A stretch of DNA of 62,976 bases, filler included, from Folioceros fuciformis (taxonomy: Eukaryota): assembly GCA_049999805.1 (NCBI GenBank). It is 8 parts of 8 records of this genome, joined end to end, with 100 filler letters (N's around TTAATTAATTAA, not from the genome) between each part and the next. Parts side by side here need not be neighbours in the genome. Positions count along the whole stretch, not along the records: positions 1 to 22,724 come from JBNGIO010001919.1; 7 more parts are not named here. One strand, given 5' to 3'. Position numbers and translations under genes: made by a program. Under the pieces are notes generated by a model. The model saw nothing but the letters and a program-made list of their open reading frames with translations, ran no database searches and was not told where the DNA came from. Below, piece by piece: positions 1 to 11,864 of the stretch. Position 1 is the stretch's first letter. The number at the start of each line of letters is the position of its first letter.

Positions 1-869
1 GTAAAATATGTTTGAAACAAACTCATGACCTGAAAGGCTAGAATCTTTGCAATTCAAAGGATAAGACCTTTCGCTAGATAAGGTGCATGCATGTAAGTAG
101 GCAGGCGTACACTTGTGCGCGCTTAGTGCACTTGAAAACCATCTAAATTGTAAAATATGTTTGAAACAAACTCATAACAAACAACTTTCTTCATAAAACA
201 GAACTTTGTAAATTCATGTAACAATAGACGTTGGCCTTCTCAAACCCTTGACTTGCATAAGAAGGGATTTTGGGAGGGTAGTGTGATGCTAGATGGGTGG
301 AGTAACAAGCAAAAAATGGGGTGCTGTTAATTACTATAATTTTAGTATGGGGGGACTTGGGCCTCATTATTAGAGAAGAGGTGCTCTATAATTCTAATAT
401 ATGGGCAACACTTGTACATGGGAAGAGCTGCTCTATAATTCTAGTATAGGGGGGACTCTTAGTACTCTAGAGGAGCTGCTTTATAATTCGAGTACAGAGG
501 AAATTCTCAATACTTGGGGTAAGGGTCTAGCTCCTTACCTCATTCCCTCCATACTCTGGTTTGTATAGGATTTTGTTTATACATAAGATTTTGCTAAGAG
601 GGTCCAAGCCTTGTAGGCTTGTTTCTTCTTTTTGGAGTTGTTCTTAACCTACCCCTCCCCTAATGCTAACTGGTGTTGTTTCTTCTATCTTCTCTCGCAC
701 AAGTCACGTCTCTTCTTAAGTTTCTTCTTTGCTGCCACCTCTTTTTCACAAATGTCCTCATACGAAATAGATTGGATTGTAGGTGGAAAATAATAAAGTT
801 CTCATTGATCAAGGTCTCATCGTCGCTAAACCTAGCATTTCTAATTATTAAAAAGTGGCATTGATTGAT

Positions 870-1330
870 GCCATACCAAACCTCATCTATCTTATCACGC
901 ATACTTGTTCTCACTGTCTCTAACACATGTGCATTATCAAGCCTTGTCACAAAGTCTACTTGACCTCTACTAGTTCAATAACTCTTCCAAGACCCACATG
1001 TGGTCATTAAATTGATTACATAAAATGTTTATTTGTTTGAGTTGATTCCATGTATAGATACCTTTTGTGAGGAACTCGACATTGGAACGGGAATTTCGTC
1101 AAGTCCACTTACAAGCACATGTATGGCTTATTAAGAAGCATATGGCTAGTTTAGACGCCACAAAGGTTGTGGCCACGTCTTGACTTGTGAAGCTTTCTTA
1201 AACAAAGATCCTGAATTAGTTTTTCGAGAATGGCTAGACAAAAAATTGTGAAGTGTGCGAACTGCACAACACCTTATACGTATCAAATCTGTCACATGCG
1301 AAGTAATGTCGTAACTATGTCCTCCCGAAA
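870..1330 (-). mobile_element. Possible PIF/Harbinger transposase 3' remnant
   Basis: Minus-strand fragments 'IRIRCCAVRTLHNFL' and 'SMRDKIDEVW' resemble the Harbinger DDE C-terminal motifs (ACxxLHNF ... RxxIAxxMW); interrupted by stops. Confidence 0.3.
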
Positions 1331-1499
1331 TCATTAATCAGATAATCCGGGTGAAACCCGGAAGAACGAACAGCGCTTTAGAAAGAAAGTCCTTGGAGAT
1401 CGATGGGTACTGGTCTTCACACCTGCTAAACACTACAGTGCTGGCTTGTGGGCCTGTACTACGGAGGTGGGTGACGACATGTAGGCTCATCCATCTCCT

Positions 1500-2300
1500 G
1501 GAGAACAGTCCATAAGGCTAACCTACCACACTCGAGCCATGATGTTGATGAGGCGGAGGCGGGAGTGCACATTGATGTGAGCTGTATCTAGTGCGTCTGG
1601 CGGGCGCAAGGTAGTGGTAAATTCCGCTGTCTCAACGGGTTCCGCCGACTGTTTGCTTTTGCAATTGAAGAGGCTGCCGGAGTGGCAAGTTTCGTTCAAT
1701 GAGTGCAGCATCGACTTCTCCACAGGATGCAAAGTCTCTTCGCTCCAGCGCGGGTGGATCCGCAACTTGCAAGTGGCTGAATGTTCTAGAGATAGAAGGG
1801 TCTTCGTGCGTAGCGGTGCATAAATCCGCACTGTGACTCCCTGACGTTTCTGGTAGAAGGGTTTTTGTGCCTGTAGACTTTTGGGGCTTACCGGATGCTC
1901 TGGGGACAGGTGCGGGATATAGCACCAGAAGCTTGCCGAATGCTGTTAGAAAATCCCACACAGGCAGTGCACCGAAATGGGAAGCGTTTGCTTCCCTCCT
2001 CCAAAGGAATTAAGGTGCGCGTGCGCGGGCTTTGCAGGAGGAAGTGGGTAACCTGGCGTTGAAAGAGGGAACGCACCTTCTCGTGGAGAAACATAGAGGA
2101 GGAAGAGCTCCCACCTTCCATGAGGCTGTTGTTGTAACAGCTATCAGCGGAAGGGAAGACGCATGAACAAAGTATCGCAGCCTAAAGAGTCTGCTTAGAG
2201 AATGTTCGGCAAACAGAGCGTTGTAAGGATAGGTATCTCAAGCAGAGCATGGCCGAGGGAGCTCTTGAATCATCCGCTCAGTGCAGCAGCTCAAGGGGGA
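1500..2300 (-). pseudogene. Degenerate leucine-rich-repeat (NLR-like) fragment
   Basis: Frameshifted minus-strand peptides 'LCLRYLSL', 'SLSRLFRLRYF' and 'PALERRDFASC' resemble NLR LRR units; no continuous ORF. Confidence 0.3.
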
Positions 2301-3027
2301 ACTGTTGTGCCTGTCGGTGAATAACAGTCCTCTGCCTCCTGCTGGCAAGCATTTGCGACCGTTGCTACTGCTGCGCTCTACAATCTCGAAGGAGTAAGAA
2401 AGTCATGGACGCGCCACACCGAATGTCAGCTCCGCCAACCAGAAAGAGGGAGAAGCAATCTCGCGGCAAAGGGTAGCATGAAGAATGCCGACTGCTTTCC
2501 GTGGCCACGAATTCGACAACGCTCAGCGTCCAGAATTTGTGAACGCAGCAGTTGCTGGCGGAGCAGAGAGTGGAAACAGGAGCCAAGCAATAGGGGGAAG
2601 ACCTTGGCGGAAAGAGCGGGATAGCCTGCAGTTTCCGACGCAAGTAGGCGGCAGCAAGTGGGTGGGAGCCGCGAGGGATACGGGACAGGTGGTTGGTGGC
2701 CACGAGCCTGGGTCTATCCGCTGCCGCGGGGTCTGGGGTGGTTGTGGCTCGGGCAGGAATAAGGCAGATTCCGGCCCAATGTGGAGACGGATATTGAAAC
2801 GGATTACAGGCCGGATTAGTGGCTGGGAAATCCCGATCGGGTAGAATACGAGCATCATCTGAAGTGGGTGGTGCAGGGAGCAGCTGTGCTGATGAGGCCT
2901 GCCGCGGCGAGCAACTTGTCACCAGCAGGCTTCAAGGGACCACAGCTGCGGGCGCGGCGTACCTGTTTATGAGCGTTTCCCCAGTGTATGCTGGGAGCTG
3001 GCCAGCTGCGTATCCAGGAAAGCAGCT

Positions 3028-5080
3028 ATGGCAGCCGGAATGTGTAGCATGTCGGGCCTCGCTCTCTCCGCCGACGTCCGTAGGCTCTCGCCTGCCCTCC
3101 CCGTCCGCGGGGTTGATCCGCTGCGTCTCGCAGGCCCCCGCAGGCTCCATGTAGTGTCCGCTTCTGCGTCTGCGAACTCGCAGACCGCTGGAGAGGAGCT
3201 GAAGCTGGAGGCACAGCCACAACAGAGCTATGCCGCCTCTGGTGCGCCTGCGGCCGCGCCCTTCTGCCTCCCTCTGCTTGCGTGCTGTTGGTAATCGCAG
3301 GGTGGTTGGTTGGCGTGTCTGATCGAATCGAGTGGGCTGGTTGGTGGCATTGTGTTCTGCAGTCCGGGAGACTATGCCCTTCGCTTCTGCTTCCACTTCC
3401 GTGGAGGCGCCTCCTCCCTCAGCGCCTGTAGAGGGCTCAGGGAAGTCGCCTGTCTTCCTGTACGTGGCGGCGGCCTTGGCAGCTGTGGGGATCTTCGCTG
3501 CTCTTAAGGCCCGTGGAGGCGCTGCCCCGGCCCCCGTTGCACCGGTTGCCCCACCGGCTCCCCTCTCCAAGCTGCAGAAGCCCCGCCGGGATCTCGCCCC
3601 TGCGACTTTGAAGAAGATTTCCACTGACTTCTCTGTGGCCGTTGTGGACAACAAGTTCGTGAAGAGCGTGGGCTCAGCTTTGGCTGGTCTCGGCTTCACC
3701 AAGTATGAGCTTTCACTCTGAGGCGTCTTGGAAAATGGCTGGATTGATCCCGGCACGGATTGCTAACAGTCATTCCCAACGGTTTTCGTTGATGCAGGGA
3801 GAACACCATTGCCTTGGTTAGTACCTGCAGGGATGAGATCACAAGACCACTCGTCGGGCTTGTGGAAGAGGTGGGTAGCCTTAGGATCTTTGTTACTCGT
3901 CTTGCGCTTTGTTTTCCTCGTTCCCGTCTTTAAACGTGCCTGCGCCTATCAGATCTACGGTGACACATTCAACATCGCTGGTCTTGGTGGTGCCATCGTC
4001 TGTGGCAAAGTCGGGTTCAAGGCTGGCATTGGTCACGCACCAGATGCCAAGCAGGACCGAGAGAAGTGTGAGTGGCCTCTCGTCGTTTCTTTCAAGATGG
4101 CGACCTAGCTTCAACAGCTGAACTGTTGTCGCACACTCCTAAGCTCTCACTTTCTAGCATCTGACCCTGAGGTTGATTTTCACTTCTATGCCTATGCAGA
4201 CGTGTTTTTCGCCTTCCCTCACGTTGGTGTTGATGAGCAAGGTAAGCCCTGCTCGAACCGCACTCCCATTTTCGGTTTAGGTTGCACCTTAGTGGAATCG
4301 TACCGGGAACAGCAGTACCCTTCCTAATTGCACTGACGTAGTACTACAGGTAACGAGGGCCTTGTAAAGAGAGAAGGCCAAGCCAAGCCATCCACTGCCT
4401 GTGCTGCTCTCCTTGCAGTCAAGGGTGAGATTGAGCGGGGAGCCTCCCCCCATTCTGGACCTCTGCCCCTCGATGACATGGAGTTCGGCCTTCTCAAGGC
4501 CAAGCTCCTGAACTGGGTCAGTCAGTGCTCTTTCTTGTCTGCATGTGTAATGCAAACTTTGGGTAAACCTTCGCTCACTTCTTAACCCCGCAGTATCCGC
4601 AGAGCGCTGCAAAGAACAAGACCAAAGTGAGCCTTATTGACGTGACAAAGGCAGCTGAACAGGTAAAGTCCTTTCTTGTTCTGTGAGCTGTCCGTTTTCA
4701 GAACTACTTCAGACATTCTGACTGCCATTGGATTGTAGGTCATTAGGGAGGATATCGATGATTTGATCTCCAAAGTTGTAGACCCGAAGAAGGCCGACTA
4801 TGCCGTGGTAACAGGCATTCAGATCCACGCTGCGTGCCCCTGCGGTACCGGCGCCTGGACACCTGAGCATCTTGTCGATTACATTGCCCCTGGTGAGTCT
4901 TGGTGGGCACGGTCCCTTCTGTCAACATTCGCAGTGCCCTGCAAAAGTCACATTGGATTGATCTCTCTTGTTCCAGGTACTATGTATGCTGTCGTAAATG
5001 GACAACGATATCTCTTGAAGACAGATGGCAAGAATTTCTACACAGAGAAGGCCAGCGACCCTGTCCTTACACCCGCTTAG
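3028..5080 (+). CDS. LCIB: LCIB-family (limiting-CO2-inducible B, theta-type carbonic anhydrase fold) plastid protein, 425 aa, 9 exons
   Basis: Exons 3028-3241, 3363-3702, 3798-3870, 3953-4067, 4200-4241, 4350-4516, 4594-4662, 4739-4892 and 4977-5080 are all GT-AG and splice to a 1278-nt open frame. LCIB motifs: IALVSTCRDE, FNIAGLGG, GFKAGIGHAP, YVFFAFPH, STACAAL, VDPKKADYAVVTGIQIH, YAVVNG. The putative Cys/His/Cys Zn ligands are present, and the N-terminus is Ser/Ala/Arg-rich like a transit peptide. Confidence 0.92.
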
Positions 5081-5690
5081 TCTGACATCCTGACTCGACG
5101 ATACGCCCAAAAGGATAGAGCACTTGCGAAACTTTGGCTAGACCATTATACAGATGTGTGTAAAATCGTTTAAAATTTACGTTCAATGTAATTGAGTTAT
5201 TTTCTATACTTATACATTTTGTAAATTAACCGGGAAGGAAAAGTTGAATACTATCTTGATGGTCAATATGTGCGAAAATGGTACCCATACAATAAGTATC
5301 TCTGACCTGTTCACAACAGCTACCGAATTTGCAGCTGCCAATCATATCGCGCAGAAGACATCTTCTATAGAATAGTCAACAATCTCCAACCACAAAGAAA
5401 CAAAATATTATTCCCTACTCTTATAAGTGTAAGGACGAAGAAAAGACTCCTTCCACAAGTTACTTCCTAGGTGACAGACACCTCTCCATAAGCGGATTTC
5501 ACATGCCTTCTTTTTCAGGGACGACTTGGTCGTCTGGGCCACACGAACGAGACAAAAGTCAGCACCGCGGCAAACTCAATGAGGGCTCCACGTGAAATAA
5601 TGAGATGTGACTCAGACTTACCAACATTAAAAGGGTATTTCGAACAGCTCGTGCAGGAAGACGGGAGTAAAGAAAACGGTCTTGACAAAG

Positions 5691-7069
5691 CTACATTCTG
5701 GGAGCTGTAAGACAAACAGCACGATAAAAATTGAATTTCCATGGAAAACAAATAATATATCCACATACAAGTGGAAAACGAATACCCTGCAGAGGCCACG
5801 TAGGACTCACCTCCTCCAATAGCCGCTTCTGGTAGCCGTTCAATGGAATACCGGTGTTGAGTGATGTACATGATGGGCACACCTGGAATCTGGATGGAAC
5901 AGATGTATACGGGGTATGTGTCACTGGACGTATACCAAGGCCAATAGCTGATCAAAGGAGCTTCCACGCGACTCGAAAGAGAGAGTTCAAACCTTGCGTA
6001 TACGTCGTTTCAGATCCCGATCACATGTTGCAACAATGTAGCACTTGTGCTGCAAGGAGAAGCTTTTGTCACGACATGAACACTTCTGCAGAAATGGCTG
6101 CAATCCACTTAACTCAAAAGCGGTATCCCTTTGCCCACCTGATTGACTCGATGGACAAGGCAATCATCGGCATATGTTCCCTTGTGAGAACAGGGCAACC
6201 TGTTGAACGCTGGATTCTTGGCAATTCTGCAGGCGGTGAAGATCTTAGCAACCAGTCCGAGGAAGGAAGGAAACGTCCTGCACGTCTGAAAAGAAATGAG
6301 GGTTTTACTTGAGCGCCACCCGATACTTATCGCCAAGCTTTTCCAGTTCTGCCATGACACAGTCTGTGATGCAGGGAGTGCCTGAAGATAAACAAACATA
6401 CACAGGGTGTGAAGCCATCATATCCAAACGGTGGCTTAAAATGTGTCACGGAAGACATGTTTCAAAAGCAATCAAATTCACTCCTTACACTTTGCATAAA
6501 GACAATCCATCATGGCCTTCTCCAAGTCCAGCTGCAAACCACGGAGACCTCTTAGTAAGAAGAGACGTTGCAAAGCAAGATTCCAAGGTATACTCACAGA
6601 CACAGGAAAAGAGGCAGGAAGCCAGCGTACCTTGTTCTGAATGGAGAAATTGATGAAGTTAGTGTCCACCAGAACCTGATAAGGCGGCCCTAACGCAGTG
6701 TTGTACTTGAAAAACAAGGCAGATGAGGTATTAGGGCTGACAACACACCATAGACATGAGTAAGTAGCGTGATCGCTCTCGGTCAGGGCGAACGGTAGTA
6801 GAGGCATCTCACAATCCTTCGAGAGAAACGAGCTTCGGTGATAAGCTACTCACACATTCCGTGGTAGCTTTTCCTTCGGAGACGGCTTCTTTGCAGGATT
6901 GAGGACTTCTTCTTTGTACCTGGACAAGCATCCTATGAATACCACCAAAACTATCTTCAACTCGATTGTGAGGGCAGACATCACGGGCACGTACGTACTT
7001 TTTTATGGCCTTGGGAGTGATCATGCGCTTCACCTCCGCGAACTTCCGCGTCTTCTTCGCCTTGCCCAT
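5691..7069 (-). CDS. FCF1: rRNA-processing PIN nuclease FCF1/UTP24, multi-exon
   Basis: Exon peptides MGKAKKTRKFAEVKRMI, FFKYNTALGPPYQVLVDTNFINFSIQNK, LDLEKAMMDCLYAK, HKGTYADDCLV and PGVPIMYITQHRYSIERLPEA; final exon APRM* ends at 5691. Confidence 0.93.
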
Positions 7070-7689
7070 GTTTGAAGGTCAGGCTGGCAGCTTTCCGGCG
7101 GCGGTGAACAACAAGCCGAAAATGGATTCTAAGCTACGTGCATAGTCGTTAAAATAAAGTCGAGATTTCTCTACTCGTTACAGATCCTAAATTTATACGG
7201 AAACTCGTTTTAATACTATACAATACTAAAATTGACACTAAAATTAGTTTTAGTAGTTACTACTTTCATGCTATGACGACGAAAAATTGTCGCCCTCCTT
7301 GACCGTGTGGCTTTCGGTGGTGCAAAGGTGGTTGGTGTTGCCTCCATCGTTGGTGTTTACAATTGCAGTTTTTCCATCTTCCGCTGTTCCTGACAAATAT
7401 TGTCAACATGAGGTCAGTTTTGGATGCCGGATGCCACTGTTGAGCGCTCGGGTATGTTCAGAAAGGAAGTTGTGAAGCCACAAACGGCCTTTTCTCATCA
7501 GAGATAGTGAACCATCTATGAGGAAGCCTTAACAATTGACACTTCAAGAGCAAGTCGATTTGATTGGTGGTAAGGTGGTTGAAAATAGTAGCTACTTTGA
7601 TGTCCTCAAGGTTTGTAAGGATGATGCCCCGACTTCCAAAACAAAATGAGCATTTTAGGCGAACTTTTGAAGGAGGAGGACTGAAGGAG

Positions 7690-9150
7690 AGAGATGCAGG
7701 AAGTTCTCACCTATGCTTCAACTGCAAGGCAGCAGAGCTTGCACAGGCATGTAGAAGGCAAGCAAAAGTAACAAGGTCAGCCAAAGTCAGGCCATGGCCC
7801 TCCTGCTCCATTTGTCCATACATAACAAGCACCTTTGGTCGAGCGGTTCCTCACCATATATTATGTACCCGAGTACCAGGGTGTTTCCTGTCACCACATC
7901 GCGTGTGTTCCTGCCTGCAAGACCCTGTTTTAGGGCTGCCGTCCAGTTCATCCCATCTTGCATGCAATGTCCGAGGCAGTTGCCCACCAGCACGTTCTCC
8001 AACCGTCCTCTTCCCAGCATCTGCGAGTAGAGCTGCTGCCCTTGTGTTATCCACCAACGAAGCTTGCACAGGGGGCCTTCCGGAGGCAATCAAATGTAGA
8101 ATGGTTGTCCTTTATGCTCCATGTGTCCCTACACACCAGGGGCCCCTTGGAAGACTCCTTAAGCTTGCTCTGCATACCCAGCAATCAAGCCATATAAATG
8201 ATTCCATGTCACCACAGTTTTGGTGTTCAAGCTGTCAAAAGCCTGGCGTGGATGTTAACATCCAGTTCCCCACACTTTGCATATCCAGCGATCAGGGCAC
8301 ACCTCCTTTCTGGCCATTGCTGTCAGAAACCCGGCGGCAGTGCATCGACCTTTCAGTTCACCCCATTTTGCATAAATGTCCACAAGGCGGGAGACCGCCA
8401 CATATCATCCACCAGTCCCTCTTTCGGCAAGCAGTGAGTACATCAGCTGCCTGCAGTTTAGTAAGGCACCAGTTCTTGCAAGGGTTTGAGAAGGCATGCA
8501 GGCCAAAGTAACAACATTACAGAATCAGCCCCTGGTGCCCCACTTGTCCATCCATACAGAGCAAGTGCCTCATGTTCGAGTCCTCGCTCAGCATGTGTAC
8601 CCAGCTATCAGGGCGTCATGTCACCAGATTCTGTGTTCATGCAGGCTGTCAAAAAAGTCCGGCGTGCAAGTTTCAGTCCACCACATCTTGAGTACCCAGA
8701 TACAGTACCAGGGGATTTCCTGTGGACACAGAGCCCTTCTCACTACATGCAATCCTCCTCGTGAGGTGTTATAGGAAGTGGCCAGCAACACCCTGAGCGA
8801 TTCAGCCCCCTCGATGCACAGGGGACCCCCAAATGAGATGCGCTAAATGGGATGGGACTTAAGCTTTCTTGCCCCTGGCATTCTGTACTTACAGAGGTCT
8901 GACAGGAGAGCTGCTCCTGCTCCTGCACATGCGAAAGCCGATACGACCTGGTCCTCAAGCACGATGGTGGAGCAGGCTCGCAGTCGGTCCCAAACTGGCC
9001 ACACTGCTGAGGGATGAAATCTTCATGGCGTAGGTTCTGTCCAGACCCAAGTGGCCTAGTACTCGGACGTAGTCAGGATGAATCGTGCTGACGGGCTGGC
9101 TTTGCTTTCCAGTTGTTCCGTGGCAAGTGCGAGCCGGTGGGCCAGCACGA
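7690..9150 (-). pseudogene. Decayed PLS-class pentatricopeptide-repeat gene
   Basis: Minus-strand PPR motifs in shifting frames: VSGYSRCGGLKLARRTF, LVDIYAKWGEL, ALIAGYAKCGELD, AFDSLNTKTVVTWN..LIAGYAE, RDVVTGNTLVLGY, DLVTFACLLHAC. Many frameshifts and stops; ends approximate. Confidence 0.72.
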
Positions 9151-10894
9151 ATCTTGGCCACTAGGAAGGGATGAGCAGAGGCGAGACAGCAGCAACATGT
9201 GCTTGCTTGCCTCGCTATTCAGCCGAAGCATGGAGAGCCCACAAAATTGGTGACGTGACGCCAGCGTCAAGTGGACACACACCCGGAATTGGCAATTCCA
9301 TATCCATCCAGGGCCAAAACCCAGGCGAAGAATAACAAGGAACAATGTGTGGGGAAGTACATATATAATAAACGAGACGGCTTTACGTGGGTTATTATAA
9401 TACACCACAAGGCAATAACACGACGGGTGGACAGTGGATCGTAGATGGTACTTGGTAGTTGCACTTCCAGCAGATATAGGTGATCTCGATCGGGTGGAAG
9501 GTGGGCTTGTTGAAGTCAGGCCTGCGTCACGATTGTAAGGACAGTTTTGGTACGGTGGGCAGCCAATGGAAAGAGTGCAGCTCAATCATCTCCTCGCTAT
9601 CCAGAAGCTGTGGTGCTGGGTCGCCAGCCAGTCAGCTTCATCTGTCCCTCCTGTAGGCACCTAGTCCTCACTCTTCGCAATTCCAAGAGGTATGGCACTG
9701 GTTTCAGCACACCCAACACGATATCAGTTGCGACAAGTGGGCGATTCTGAAATCTTTGACACTCTGTCCAAGCCCAAATGCAGGCGTCTCTTCTTCCTTC
9801 GCCCTTTGTCTGGTAAGAAACTTGGCTCGGCTTTGCCGTTTGCATGTTAGGTCCAAAATAGAACATGGTCTCGTCTGATGATCGCTTTGCTTGCTTGCAG
9901 ACACAATTTCTGGTCGCTGCAGAAATTGCATGGTCCCCGGGTCGATTGGAACAGATCGCTTTAATTCTTTTTACAGAAATGCGGAGGCAATAAAAGAAGG
10001 CAAAACAGCTACTGACTGGCCTCAGGGTAATAGCTTCTGACGAATTCAAAGCATCCCACGCTCCCAAAGTGCAATGAGGCATTGTGAATGATGTTATAAG
10101 GTAGATGGGCTCTTCGTAAGGTAGGTACTGAGAAGCCCATGTCATAATCAGGAATCCGTGGCTGGCCGCACAGTTCCGAACAAATGAGCTTCAACTACGA
10201 CACCAACGTCCTGGTGCTAATTACCAACATGTAGGCAATCGAGAATTGGATATGCAAGGGGAGAAACCCCTCCCAGACAAGCATCTCGTCTGCTATATCT
10301 GTAGCGAAGCTCAAGAAAATACATCCCCTCGAAGATATGGCCGACACCACTAGTGTGGTGAAGGCTAGGGGTCAGGAAGCACGGTTACCAGAGGACGTAA
10401 AACAATTGTGGATCCTCCAATCAGGGGAGATAGAGTGATATGTGCCATTGAATCCTCCTCCTAAGGCACGTTCAAGACTTCTTATACATCAGCTGGCAAT
10501 TGATACAGAGCCTCCCACAATCGGTCACAGGAGCTGGGTGCCAGATATCAATCCTTCACGCTCTCTTGAAACATCTTGAACAAATATCTATAGAGCATGT
10601 TGAGAACAGATAACGGGAGGACCAATAAGAAGGGATACAGGGTGACTGACGGCAGCCGACGCTAGAGATTTTATAACTTTTCTTTTCACTCAAAGTATAT
10701 GGACGTCCGACCATGCGTTTCGGGGTACGTACAGTAGAGTACTGTGGCAATCGCGGAAAGGCGACGTTCGGACAGCATCAACCTCGAGAAAGGCCGGCCC
10801 GATAGGCCGGGCGGCTGCGTCTGAATCTCCGAAGTGATGAATGCTTCACTCCGGTAGAATCCTACGTGACATGTCATGCCCCATCCATCCACAT

Positions 10895-11305
10895 AACTCC
10901 ATACGCATGAGGCCAGCCAGCACACATACGGTTTTGCCTCGACCGCGATGCATTGTGCCATGCGAGTAAGCGCCGCCGGCAAAAGGACCTGGGCCGGCTG
11001 AATGAAAGCCTACACAATCCCTCCCGCCACCGCTCGCCGTGACCCGTTTCCTCTTCACCCTGCCCACTTCCTCTCCGACAGCCCCGCGCACGTTCCTCTT
11101 GGACCCCGTCCACGAGCTGACGCGACCGGACGTGGGCGGGCTCAGGAGGAAACGGGTCACGGCAAGCAACCGCGGGAGGGATCTTGTAAGCTTCATTCAG
11201 CCGGCCTGGTCCTCTTGCCTGCGGCGCTTACGCGCATGGCACAATGCGTCGCGGTCGCGGCAAAACCGTATGTGTACTGGCCAGCCTCAGGAGGCGTATG
11301 GAGTT
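10895..11305. repeat. Long imperfect inverted repeat (~175-bp arms, ~55-nt loop); candidate MIRNA/hairpin-RNA locus or MITE
   Basis: 10895-~11071 (AACTCCATACGC...TGCCCACTTCC) is the near reverse complement of ~11128-11305 (GGACGTGGGC...GCGTATGGAGTT), with scattered mismatches and small bulges. Confidence 0.9.
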
Positions 11306-11864
11306 TGACGTTGGCTGGCTGCGTCCCTCAAAAGTGGGAGTAGAGCTCTGATCTAAATGACCAGTGGACGCCAGGGTCGTCAGCCCATAGGTCCGCCTTT
11401 CCGCCGGATGCGACGAGTTCAACAACGCATGAAAAATAGTAGAAACGTATAGGAAATCCATTTTCACAGTTCCCGTGTTCCAAACTCGGAATGCGGCCTG
11501 CCGGAAGTGGACCTCCCCCGGACTCGCCTTGTGCAACTTGAGCGTGACGCATCTGCGCAGGGCCTGTTTTCCTCAACAGGGAAGCAAACTTGGTAGATCT
11601 CAGAAATCTCTAAAGCATCGGGATGTCAGCGTATAGCTTCGTTCTCCATTCATTCCCGGCCCATCCTGCCGTGATGGGCTCCATACCACGACCCAGGGAT
11701 AAGGGTCAGCGATCCACCGGCCTGTGTACGGTCATGCGTGTGAGGTCTCGCATCACAGCCCTTGTACTCCCGAGTATATATTGTCCCGGCTCACCCTGTC
11801 TGGACAGTGCACTCACTTCTTGCAGTCCAGCCCTCTCCCCAAGTCTCGACGAGTCTGAGTCCCC

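Noticed and set aside
7564-8511. 315-aa plus-strand ORF
   Set aside because: Antisense to the PPR pseudogene; no recognisable domain.
11140-11212. Partial resemblance to miR390 (GCTCAGGAGG) and miR166 (GGACCAGGC on the minus strand)
   Set aside because: Only 9-10 nt match; the rest of the mature sequences is absent.
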